The translations under genes were made by a program, and so were the position numbers. Of a stretch of DNA of 24,000 bases, positions 15,663-23,675 are shown piece by piece. This DNA comes from Alphaproteobacteria bacterium. GTDB lineage: Bacteria > Pseudomonadota > Alphaproteobacteria > GCA-2731375. Under the pieces are notes generated by a model. That model was not told the origin of the DNA. It was given only the letters and a program-made list of their open reading frames with translations, and did no database searches. Every line of letters starts with the position of its first letter. The stretch's first letter is position 1. Location: assembly GCA_965225945.1 (NCBI GenBank), contig CBDDBZ010000001.1, positions 14,196 to 38,195 of the forward strand, written 5' to 3'.

Positions 15663-16478
15663 GTGAAGGTTCTCTATCTCGGCGATATCGTCGGCCGCGC
15701 CGCGCGCAACGCGGTCTACGAGCAGCTGCCCGGGTTTCGCCGCCGGCTCGGCCTCGACTTCGTCGTGGTCAACGCGGAAAACGCCGCCGCCGGCTTCGGT
15801 CTGAACGAGCGGATCGTGAAAGACCTGCTGGCCGCCGGCGCCGACGTCATCGTCACCGGCAATCACGGTTTCGACCAGCGGGAATCATTGCCCTTGTTCG
15901 ATTCTGAGCCGAGGCTGCTGCGTCCCCACAACTACCCCGCCGGCACGCCGGGCACCGGGCTCGGCGTCTACGACCTGCCGGACGGGCGCAAGGCCGGCGT
16001 GCTGCAGCTCATGGGGCGGCTGTTCATGGACCCGCTGGACGATCCCTTCGCCTGCGTCGAGGCGGCGCTCGCCGAGATCAGGCTCGGCCGCGACGTGGAC
16101 TTCCTGCTGGTCGACGTGCACGCCGAGGCGACCAGCGAAAAGATGGCGCTCGGACATGTGCTCGACGGCCGCGCGAGCGCCGTCGTCGGCACCCACACCC
16201 ACGTGCCGACCGCCGACATCCAGATCCTGCCCCGGGGGACCGCCTATCAGTCGGATACCGGAATGTGCGGCGACTATAATTCCGTGATCGGCATGGAGAA
16301 GACCGAGCCGATCAACCGTTTCCGCCACAAGATGTCCTCCGCCCGGCTGAAACCGGCGATGGGGGAGCCGACGATCTGTGGCATCTATCTCGAGGTTGAT
16401 CCCCGAACCGGCCTCGCGCGCCGCGCCGCGCCGCTCCGCCAAGGGGGTCGCCTGTCGCAAGCCTGGCCCGGCGGTTAG
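15663..16478 (+). CDS. YmdB-like metallophosphoesterase (TIGR00282 family, 2',3'-cyclic-nucleotide phosphodiesterase type)
   Basis: Sequence MKVLYLGDIVG, VVNAENAAAG, TGNH, DVHAEATSEK, GTHTHVPTAD. The GTG start directly abuts the upstream stop (TAGGTG). Confidence 0.9.
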   Translation: MKVLYLGDIVGRAARNAVYEQLPGFRRRLGLDFVVVNAENAAAGFGLNERIVKDLLAAGADVIVTGNHGFDQRESLPLFDSEPRLLRPHNYPAGTPGTGLGVYDLPDGRKAGVLQLMGRLFMDPLDDPFACVEAALAEIRLGRDVDFLLVDVHAEATSEKMALGHVLDGRASAVVGTHTHVPTADIQILPRGTAYQSDTGMCGDYNSVIGMEKTEPINRFRHKMSSARLKPAMGEPTICGIYLEVDPRTGLARRAAPLRQGGRLSQAWPGG

Positions 16479-16619
16479 GCGAGATCACGCACATCGGTCT
16501 TGTGTGAGCGTCGTCGTTGCGCGACCCTAGCGGCTGCGCGGAGAGATATTTCGACGCCGTCGGCCGCGCCGTCCACCAGGGCGGCGATCGAGCGGGCCGG
16601 CGAGCTCGGGGGAACGCGG

Positions 16620-17199
16620 ATGTCACGCATCGACCTACAAAACGAGAAACACGTCCTGGAGGCGGCGAGCGAGAACCTCAGCGACGGCCTGCTGGGCGAG
16701 GCGGCCGGTGCCTATGGCGAGCTGCTGTCGCACTATGAGGCCCTGGTGCGGCGGCTCGATCGCGACGCTCCCGCCGCCGAGCGGCGAAGCCCCGAGGCGA
16801 TGATGGAGAAGCTGATCGAAATCGGCATCGCGCTCTCGGCCGACCACAACTCCGACCGGCTGATGGAATCGATTTTGCGCGAGGCCAAGGATCTGACCAA
16901 TGCCGATGGCGGCACCCTCTACCGGCGGACCGACGACGACCAGCTCAGGTTCGAGATCATTCGCAACGATTCCCTCGAGATCGCCAAGGGCGGCACCACG
17001 GGGGAGGCGATCGAGTTCGACCCGTTGCCGATGTACGACGAGAACGGCGAGGCGAACTATCAAAACGTCGCGACTCACGTCGCCCTCAGCAAGCGGACCA
17101 TCAGCATTCCCGATGCCTACGACACGGAGGATTTCGACTTCACCGGCACGAAGCGGTTCGACGAAGCCATGGGGTATCGCTCGAAATCCTTCCTGACGG
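16620..17199 (+). pseudogene. 5' fragment of an IS-interrupted GAF/HD-GYP phosphodiesterase gene (N-terminal region plus the first part of the GAF domain)
   Basis: Starts at MSRIDLQNEK and runs through ...LTNADGGTLYRR...FDEAMGYRSKSFLT. The frame is then broken at 17199/17200 by the IS end, which adds 13 IS-encoded codons and a stop at 17238-17240. Confidence 0.85.
17192..17199. repeat. Target-site duplication CCTGACGG (left copy)
   Basis: The identical 8-mer occurs immediately outside both IS termini (17192-17199 and 19631-19638). Confidence 0.85.
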
Positions 17200-17213
17200 G
17201 TAACTACCCAGGT
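17200..17213. repeat. IS terminal inverted repeat (GTAACTACCCAGGT)
   Basis: It is the exact reverse complement of 19617-19630. Confidence 0.9.
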
Positions 17214-17280
17214 CTGATTGGCCCGAGCGTTTGTATGTGAGGGATCGTGGGGGTCCGGGCTGGTAGCGGTGCCGGTGTTC

Positions 17281-18819
17281 TCAGAGGCGCAGTTGGGGGA
17301 TTAGTTGCATCGGATCGGGATGCACCAGGGTCTGGAGGACGTTCCAGCCTTGCTTTCGGGCGGTGGCGATGACGGCACGCATTCTGGCGAAGTTGTAGGC
17401 ACCCCTCTCGGAGCGGAAGCCACCGGAGATCTTCTGGCGCAGCTTGGCCATTCGGAGGTCACGTTCGGCCTCATTGTTCGTAAACGGCGTGCGCGGGTCG
17501 GTGAGGAATCGCAGGCATCCCTCCTTGTGCTTGCGGAGGCGGAGCGCGAGGTTATGACCGATGCGGCGTTTCTTTCGTCCGCGCTTGCCGGTCCGGAGCG
17601 GCGGCTGCGCCTCGTGGAAGGCGATGGCGTGGTCGAGGATGCGGGCCCAGGCCCGCGAGATCCGGGCCACCAGGGAGGCGGGCACGTCGCGGCCGTTCTC
17701 ACGGGAGAAGCGGGTAGCCCTGTGTGCGCGCTCAAGGAGGCGGTGCATGCTCTTTGCCCAGTCTTCCTTCTCGATGTCGATCAGGGCCTGGAGTTCGCGC
17801 AGGTGATGGGCGTTGCAGGCGCCGTGGCGCACGCCCTTGAGGGTGAAGTAGGCGGCGTAATCGTCATGGATGAGGATGCCTTCGAGGTCCTTTTCGACAT
17901 CGCCGCGTCCCGCGCCGATGCGCAGGACGGTCAGGAATGGGGTGCACAGCACGTGGAGCCAGCGGGTACGGGCGGCGATCCGCAGGCCGGTTTCGTCGAG
18001 GTGCTTGACCGGGACCGCTGTGCGGATCACGTCTGCGACATGGGCGAGGAAGGGCTCGAAGCGCCTGGCGATTCGCCGGCCCATGGCGGTGATCGTGGCT
18101 GTGGAGATGGACACTGCGAAGAGGTCGCTCATGAGTTCGGCCAAGCGCTTCTCGGGAACGAACTGGGCGTACAGCAGGTAGCTCACCCAGGCGGTGATGC
18201 GTGGCCCGTACTGGACCGGGGCGGTCACGCCGTCCGGGAAGACGGCTCCTGTCACGGTGGCGCAGGCGCCGCAGAGGCAGCGATGGGCGCGGTGTTCGGT
18301 GACCTCCAGGGGGCGTGGCTCGGGCACATCGAAGACCTGTCGACAGACGGGCGCGCGGTGACGGTCGGCGTCCGACAGCGGTGCGCCGCAGCCCGAACAG
18401 GCGGAGGGGTCATGATCCACAACATGGTCCGGGCTCTCGGTCCGCGCCAGCGTCGTTCCCTTGTGGCCCGGCTGGCCGCCGCTTGGCCTGCCGGACTTGC
18501 CGCGCTGGCTTCGGGTGCGCCTCTGGGTTCCGCTCTTCTTGCGCAGGCCGTCGCTGGCGGGCGGCTTGCTGCTGGTGGTGCTGTCAAGCGCCGCGCTCCG
18601 CTCGAGCTCGGCGATGCGGTCCCGCAGGGTCGCGTTCTCCCGCTCGAGCGCGGCATTCTCCCGGACGAGCGCCGTGGCCAGGCGCAACAGCCCCTGGCCC
18701 CATTCCCGGAAGGCCTTGACGACTGTGATTGCGAAGGATGAGGGGTCAAGAAGATCTTGCAGGCACGCGAAGGCCTCGTCATGGGCGGCGAGGTCCTCGT
18801 GCCAGCGCGACAGCGTCAC
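17281..18819 (-). CDS. IS66-family transposase (TnpC type)
   Basis: 512 aa. N-terminal leucine-zipper-like segment (LVRENAALERENATLRDRIAELE), Cys-rich zinc-finger region (CSGCGAPL...HRCLCGAC), and DDE-type blocks HLDETG, LIHDDYAAY, CNAHHLR and FTNNEAERDLR. Confidence 0.9.
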   Translation of the reverse strand: MTLSRWHEDLAAHDEAFACLQDLLDPSSFAITVVKAFREWGQGLLRLATALVRENAALERENATLRDRIAELERSAALDSTTSSKPPASDGLRKKSGTQRRTRSQRGKSGRPSGGQPGHKGTTLARTESPDHVVDHDPSACSGCGAPLSDADRHRAPVCRQVFDVPEPRPLEVTEHRAHRCLCGACATVTGAVFPDGVTAPVQYGPRITAWVSYLLYAQFVPEKRLAELMSDLFAVSISTATITAMGRRIARRFEPFLAHVADVIRTAVPVKHLDETGLRIAARTRWLHVLCTPFLTVLRIGAGRGDVEKDLEGILIHDDYAAYFTLKGVRHGACNAHHLRELQALIDIEKEDWAKSMHRLLERAHRATRFSRENGRDVPASLVARISRAWARILDHAIAFHEAQPPLRTGKRGRKKRRIGHNLALRLRKHKEGCLRFLTDPRTPFTNNEAERDLRMAKLRQKISGGFRSERGAYNFARMRAVIATARKQGWNVLQTLVHPDPMQLIPQLRL

Positions 18820-19481
18820 GGGTCCTCGGCATCGACGGCCATCATGGCGGCCAGCACCGCGAGGCGTTCGCCCGCCGGCAAGGCCTTGTAACGCCGGCCC
18901 CAGTTGGCCGCCTTACGCTTGATGCGCTGGCGGTCGGTGAAGTTCCGGCCTGCGTAGCTCGCCCAATGCACCCGGTCGGGCGCGAAGTTGAACCACACGA
19001 CCTCGGTCCGCACCTGGGCCTGGGTCGTCACCTGCAGCGCCAGACTGCGCCAGCCCGCCAGCATCTCGTCATAGAGCGCCGAGGGATGGCCCGAGACCAT
19101 CACCTGGCAGGGCAGATCCTTGAGCAGGTCCAGGAGCGCGACATGGTCGACCTCCTCGTAGTCGAAGCGATAGCGCCGTGCCGAACGGCGGGTCGCGTGC
19201 AGATAGGGGGGATCGCTGTAGACCAGCTCCGGGCCCAGAAACGGGAACGAGGCCAAAAAGGCATGGGCACAGCCATGCACCAACTCGACCGGGTAGTCAC
19301 AGGCAAAGGCCTCGAGCGCCTGCGCATCGCGGTCGATGCCGATCGAGCGCACGCCCGTTGGCTTGCGCTTCATCAGCGCACCGCCCCCCAGGTGGCTCTC
19401 GATGTAAACGCTGTGCGGCGGCATCAGCGCAATCAGCGCCTGGCACAGACCGCTCGTCGCCTTCGACCCAAAATATTCCAC
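18816..19481 (-). CDS. D12-class (Dam/phage-type) N6-adenine DNA methyltransferase, carried as IS cargo
   Basis: 221 aa. YFGSK at the N-terminus, SAM-binding ESHLGGGA, IGIDRD, catalytic SDPPY, and QVMVSGHPSALYDEMLAGW, typical of small Dam-like enzymes. GTG start with GGGAG 6 nt upstream. Its TGA overlaps the transposase GTG (GTGA at 18816-18819). Confidence 0.85.
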   Translation of the reverse strand: MEYFGSKATSGLCQALIALMPPHSVYIESHLGGGALMKRKPTGVRSIGIDRDAQALEAFACDYPVELVHGCAHAFLASFPFLGPELVYSDPPYLHATRRSARRYRFDYEEVDHVALLDLLKDLPCQVMVSGHPSALYDEMLAGWRSLALQVTTQAQVRTEVVWFNFAPDRVHWASYAGRNFTDRQRIKRKAANWGRRYKALPAGERLAVLAAMMAVDAEDP

Positions 19482-19616
19482 GCGCCGCTCCCGTCACACG
19501 AGAGCGCAACCCATAGACGCCCGATTCTATGGAGTCAAGAGACGATCAACGACGCGGCGGCGGAAACCCGGCCCCGGCGACCACCTACATCATCCTCTCG
19601 CGGTCAGGAGCGGGGT

Positions 19617-19630
19617 ACCTGGGTAGTTAC
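19617..19630. repeat. IS terminal inverted repeat (ACCTGGGTAGTTAC)
   Basis: It is the exact reverse complement of 17200-17213. Confidence 0.9.
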
Positions 19631-19638
19631 CCTGACGG
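19631..19638. repeat. Target-site duplication CCTGACGG (right copy)
   Basis: Identical to 17192-17199 and directly abuts the IS end. Confidence 0.85.
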
Positions 19639-20981
19639 TACCGATGAAGACGCGCCAGGGCGACGTGATCGGCGTCCTACAGTTGATCAACGCCCGCGAT
19701 CCCTCGAGCGGGAACGTGGTGAGCTTCCCTCGGGAAATCGAGGACTATGTCGGCGCGCTCGCCTCGCAGGCCGCCGTGGCGCTGGACAACCAGCAACTGT
19801 TGGAAGCCCAGAAGGACCTGTTGGATTCCTTCATCATGCTGATCGCCGGCGCGATCGACGAGAAATCGCCTTACACCGGCGGCCACTGCAATCGGGTGCC
19901 GGAACTTGCGATGATGCTGGCTCGGGCCGCCTGCGAGGCCGAGGAGGGTCCCTTCGCCGACTTCGGCTTCGACGAGGAGCAGTGGTACGAGTTCCAGGTC
20001 GCCGGCTGGCTGCACGATTGCGGCAAGGTCACCACGCCCGAATATGTGGTCGACAAGGCGACCAAGCTGGAGACCATTTACGACCGCATCCACGAAGTCC
20101 GCACCCGCTTCGAGGTGCTCAGGCGCGATGCCGAGATCGCCTATCTGAAAGGATGCCTCGACGGCGGCGAGGAGGCGGCATTGGCGGGCCGGCGCGACGA
20201 GGCGATCCGGGGCCTGGAGGACGACTACGCCTTCGTCGCCGAGTGCAACATCGGCGGCGAATTTATGTCGGACGAGCGGATCGAGCGGCTCGGAAAGATC
20301 GCCGAAGTCACCTGGACCCGACATTTCGACGACCGTCTCGGCATCGGCCACGACGAGCAAAGCCGCAAGGAGCGCACGCAGGCCGCACCGCTGCCGGCAC
20401 TCGAGCTGCTGCTCGCCGACAAGGACGAACACCTGATTCACCGCCACCATCGCGAGACGCCGCCGGACGAGGAAGACCGGGGCTTCCGGATGGAAGTTCC
20501 GAAGCACGAGTACGACAACGGCGAGCTGCATAATCTGACGATTCGTCGCGGCACGCTGAACGCTGAGGAACGCTACAAGATCAATCACCACATCATTCAA
20601 ACCATCATCATGCTCGAAAAACTGCCGTTTCCGAAGCATCTGGAGCAGGTGCCGGAATATGCCGCGGGCCACCACGAGAAGATGGACGGCACCGGCTATC
20701 CCCGGCGGCTGGCGCGCGACGAGATGTCGGTGCCGGCCAGAATCATGGCCATCGCCGACATCTTCGAGGCGCTGACCGCCTCCGATCGGCCTTACAAGAA
20801 GGCCAAGACCTTGAGCGAGTTGCTCCGCATCATGGGCTTCATGCGCAAGGACCAGCACATCGATCCCGAGCTCTTCGAGCTGTTCCTCGAAAGCGGCGTC
20901 TACCGGCAATACGCCGAGGAGTTCCTGGAGACGGCGCAGATCGACGAGGTCGATATCGCGGGCTTTTTGGAAGATAGCTAG
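19639..20981 (+). pseudogene. 3' fragment of the IS-interrupted GAF/HD-GYP phosphodiesterase gene (end of the GAF domain plus the complete HD-GYP domain)
   Basis: Contains VPMKTRQGDVIGVLQLINA (GAF end), then the HD-GYP motifs GGHCNRV, WLHDCGK, GHHEKMDGTGYP and IADIFEALTASDRPYKK. The part of the 750-aa track ORF upstream of 19639 is antisense to the MTase and is not part of the gene. Confidence 0.85.
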
Positions 20982-20982
20982 A

Positions 20983-21054
20983 GGGTCGAGGCGGCGTTCC
21001 GCTCGCTCACCGATACCCCGCATCGTCGTCGGGAGCGGAACGCCGCCACGACCC
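20983..21054. terminator. Long near-perfect hairpin (22-bp stem with 1 mismatch, 28-nt loop) just after the HD-GYP stop; putative transcript-end or REP-like structure
   Basis: GGGTCGAGGCGGCGTTCCGCTC (20983-21004) is complementary to GAGCGGAACGCCGCCACGACCC (21033-21054), with a single A/A mismatch. No U-tract follows. Confidence 0.45.
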
Positions 21055-21068
21055 AAAATCATCCCGGT

Positions 21069-22306
21069 CAAACGTTTCAACCTGGTCGGAAAGTGCTCTA
21101 ATGTCCTGATCGATAAATTGATATGATTATGTCTCTATTTGTTTTCAGGAGGCGCGATTGATGGCGAGAGTGGCGGTGACGATCTCTTTGAGCGATGACG
21201 AGCGCGCCGAATTGGAGGCGCTGTCTCGTCGTCGCAAGACGTCGCAGGGGCTTGCGCGGCGGGCTCGGATCGTCTTGGCGGCGGCGGAAGGGTTGGAGAA
21301 CAAGGAGATCGCCGTTCGTCTCGAGGCGAGCGCGGACACCGTGGGCAAGTGGCGTCGCCGCTATGCGGCGGAGGGCCTCGACGGTCTGTACGACGAACCC
21401 CGCCCCGGCGCGCCGCGTCAAATCGGCGATGACGCCATCGCGGAAGCGGTCCGGCTGACGCTGGAAGAGACGCCGCCGGACGCGACCCATTGGAGCCTTC
21501 GCTCGATGGCGCGGGCGAGCGGCCACGCGCCCTCGACCATTCATCGCATCTGGCGGGCCTTCGGCTTGCAGCCGCATCGCTCGGAGACCTTCAAGCTGTC
21601 GAGCGATCCCTTCTTCGTGGAGAAGGTCCGCGACATCGTCGGTCTGTATTTGGCGCCGCCGGATCGTGCCCTGGTTCTCTGTGTCGACGAAAAGAGCCAG
21701 ATCCAGGCCTTGGACCGTTCCCAGCCCCTCTTGCCGATGCGCCCCGGGCAGGCGGAGCGGCGCAGCCACGACTACAAGCGCCACGGCACGACCTCTCTCT
21801 TCGCGGCCCTCGACATCGCCACGGGAGAGATCATCGGCAAATGTTTCCCGCGCCATCGGGCCCGAGAGTTCCGCAAATTCCTCGACCTCGTCGAGGCGAA
21901 CGTCCCTGGTGATCTCGACATCCACATCGTCATGGACAACTACGGGACCCACAAGACCAAGGCGATCCGCGACTGGTTCGCCAAACGGCCGCGCTGGCAG
22001 GCCCATTTCACACTGCTGACCGACAAGCAGATCAGGCGCGGCGTCCATCGCTCCACCAAGGAGTTGGAGCGCACCATCCTCGACTACATCGACACGACAA
22101 ACCAGAACCCCAAACCCTTCAAATGGACCAAATCCGCCGATGACATCCTCGCCGCCATCCAGCGCTTCTGCCTCCGAACAATCGAAATCGCTGAACAGCA
22201 GGCGAAAATCATGCGAACTTCGGAATCGGGACACTAGCCGGACTCTATTGAATGTAACCGATCCGAGCGTCCGCCCACAAGCCGAACGGCGCCAGGTTTC
22301 ACTTTG
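21069..22306 (+). mobile_element. IS630-family element, apparently decaying (degenerate ends, transposase with an internal deletion); boundaries approximate
   Basis: An AT-richer leader (21095-21150) unlike the surrounding DNA precedes the transposase gene. CAAACGTTTCAACCTGG (21069-21085) matches the reverse complement of CCAGGTTTCACTTTG (22292-22306) imperfectly. Further patchy matches lie inward (CTGATCGATAAATTGATA against the reverse complement of TATTGAATGTAACCGATCCG). No clean TA duplication was seen. Confidence 0.45.
21161..22237 (+). CDS. IS630-family transposase, ORF intact but missing about 15 aa that normally carry the third catalytic acidic residue
   Basis: N-terminal HTH region ([31 protein letters not shown]), [15 protein letters not shown] (first D) and [11 protein letters not shown] (second D). 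After RWQAHFT the sequence jumps to [14 protein letters not shown]. From memory, family members have ...HFTPTSASWINQVERWFAELT... at this point. AGGAGG SD upstream of the ATG at 21161. Confidence 0.85.
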   Translation: MARVAVTISLSDDERAELEALSRRRKTSQGLARRARIVLAAAEGLENKEIAVRLEASADTVGKWRRRYAAEGLDGLYDEPRPGAPRQIGDDAIAEAVRLTLEETPPDATHWSLRSMARASGHAPSTIHRIWRAFGLQPHRSETFKLSSDPFFVEKVRDIVGLYLAPPDRALVLCVDEKSQIQALDRSQPLLPMRPGQAERRSHDYKRHGTTSLFAALDIATGEIIGKCFPRHRAREFRKFLDLVEANVPGDLDIHIVMDNYGTHKTKAIRDWFAKRPRWQAHFTLLTDKQIRRGVHRSTKELERTILDYIDTTNQNPKPFKWTKSADDILAAIQRFCLRTIEIAEQQAKIMRTSESGH

Positions 22307-22473
22307 CTTTTCAAGGGTGTGACAAAATGGCCCCGGCTCGTCGCGCCGAGCGGCGCTGATAGGCTTGCCCTTTCCGGACGCGTGGCGGGAAGCGGAGATG
22401 GCCGGGCTCGGTGGGCCGAGTGCGCTCGCCGGCACGCTCGCGCGACACGAATGTCGAGATCCTGGCCTATCTC

Positions 22474-23652
22474 CTAGCGATTCAACTCCCACATGGCGCG
22501 ATCGAGGCCGGCGAGGGTCAGCGGGAACATCCGGCGGCCCATGATCTGCTCAAGCATCTCCAGCGAGGGCGTATAGCGCCAATGGCGCTCGGGAACCGGA
22601 TTGAGCCAGACCGCATGCTTGAAGTGGTCCAGCATGCGGGTCATCCAGACTTGGCCCGGTTCCTCGTTCCAATGCTCGACGCTGCCGCCGGGATAGACCA
22701 CCTCGTAGGGGCTCATCGTCGCGTCGCCGACGAAGACCAGCTTCCAGTCGGGCCCGTAGGTGTGCAGCACCTGCCAGGTCGCGATCACCTCGGCGTGGCG
22801 GCGACGGTTATCCTTCCAGACCCGCTCGTAGAGGCAGTTGTGGAAGTAGTAATATTCCAAATGCTTGAACTCCGTCCGCGCGGCCGAGAACAGCTCCTCC
22901 AAGGTGCGGATGTGGTCGTCCATCGAGCCGCCGACATCGAGCAGTAGCAGCACCTTGATGGCGTTCCTGCGCTCGGGCCGCATCTGGATGTCGATATAGC
23001 CGCCGTTTTCGGCGGTCGACTTGATGGTGCCGTCGAGATCCAATTCGTCCGGCGAGCCCTCGCGGGCGAAGCGGCGAAGGCGCCTGAGCGCCACCTTGAT
23101 ATTGCGGGTGCCGAGCACCACCGAATCGTCGAAATTGCGGTATTCCCGCTTGTCCCAGACCTTGACCGCGCGGCGATGGCGCGAGCCTTCCTGGCCGACG
23201 CGGATGCCCTCGGGGTTGTAGCCGTAGGCGCCGAAGGGCGAGGTGCCACCGGTGCCGATCCACTTGTTGCCGCCATGGTGGCGCCCCTCCTGCTCCTCCA
23301 GGCGCTTCTTGAACGCCTCCATGAGCTTTTCCCAACCGCCCATGGCTTCGATCTGGGCTTTCTCCTCGTCGGTCAGGTAGAGTTCCGTGAGTTTGCGCAG
23401 CCATTCCTCCGGGATCTCGACCCCGACCGCGTCGTCCTCCGGCTCCAGCCCCTTGAAGACCTGGCCGAAGACCCGGTCGAACTTGTCGATGTTGCGCTCG
23501 TCCTTCACCAGGGACGCGCGGGAGAGGTAATAGAACTTCTCGACGCTGTATTCGGCGACGCCGGCCTTCATGGCATCCATCAGAGTCAGGTATTCCTTCA
23601 GGCTGACCGGCACCTTGCCCTTTTTCAGCTCGTAGAAGAAATCGATCAGCAT
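22474..23652 (-). CDS. VWA-domain protein (CoxE-like, partner of a MoxR-type ATPase)
   Basis: Start at MLIDFFYELKKGKVPVSLKEYLTLMDAM (ATG 23652-23650). MIDAS-like VLLLLDVGGSMDD, then KLVFVGDATMSPYE. The 64-codon Arg/Ala-rich extension to 23844 overlaps the upstream gene and is rejected. Confidence 0.85.
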   Translation of the reverse strand: MLIDFFYELKKGKVPVSLKEYLTLMDAMKAGVAEYSVEKFYYLSRASLVKDERNIDKFDRVFGQVFKGLEPEDDAVGVEIPEEWLRKLTELYLTDEEKAQIEAMGGWEKLMEAFKKRLEEQEGRHHGGNKWIGTGGTSPFGAYGYNPEGIRVGQEGSRHRRAVKVWDKREYRNFDDSVVLGTRNIKVALRRLRRFAREGSPDELDLDGTIKSTAENGGYIDIQMRPERRNAIKVLLLLDVGGSMDDHIRTLEELFSAARTEFKHLEYYYFHNCLYERVWKDNRRRHAEVIATWQVLHTYGPDWKLVFVGDATMSPYEVVYPGGSVEHWNEEPGQVWMTRMLDHFKHAVWLNPVPERHWRYTPSLEMLEQIMGRRMFPLTLAGLDRAMWELNR

Positions 23653-23675
23653 CGGATGGTCTCGCGGTCGCGGGA

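Larger units (their letters stand above)
17200..19630 (-). mobile_element. IS66-family insertion sequence (2,431 bp) carrying a DNA adenine methyltransferase in place of tnpA/tnpB
   Basis: It has perfect 14-bp terminal inverted repeats starting GTAA, as in IS66-family ends. An 8-bp direct repeat flanks it, which is the size typical for IS66. Deleting 17200-19638 restores an uninterrupted GAF-domain reading frame (SKSFLT-VPMKTRQGDVIGVLQLINA). Confidence 0.85.

Noticed and set aside
18729-19638. First 303 codons of the 750-aa plus-strand ORF, which appear to fuse IS sequence to the HD-GYP domain
   Set aside because: This part is antisense to the methyltransferase gene and shows no domain signal. 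The real HD-GYP gene continues from 17199, as shown by the restored GAF sequence after excising the IS.
19677-21080. 467-aa minus-strand ORF antisense to the HD-GYP gene, and the 464-aa ORF 21098..22492 (-) antisense to the IS630 transposase
   Set aside because: Both mirror strongly supported plus-strand genes and have no motifs. They are typical high-GC shadow ORFs.
21161-22237. Possible programmed frameshift in the IS630-family transposase
   Set aside because: The ORF is continuous from the HTH region to the C-terminus in a single frame. The defect is an in-frame missing segment, not a frame change.
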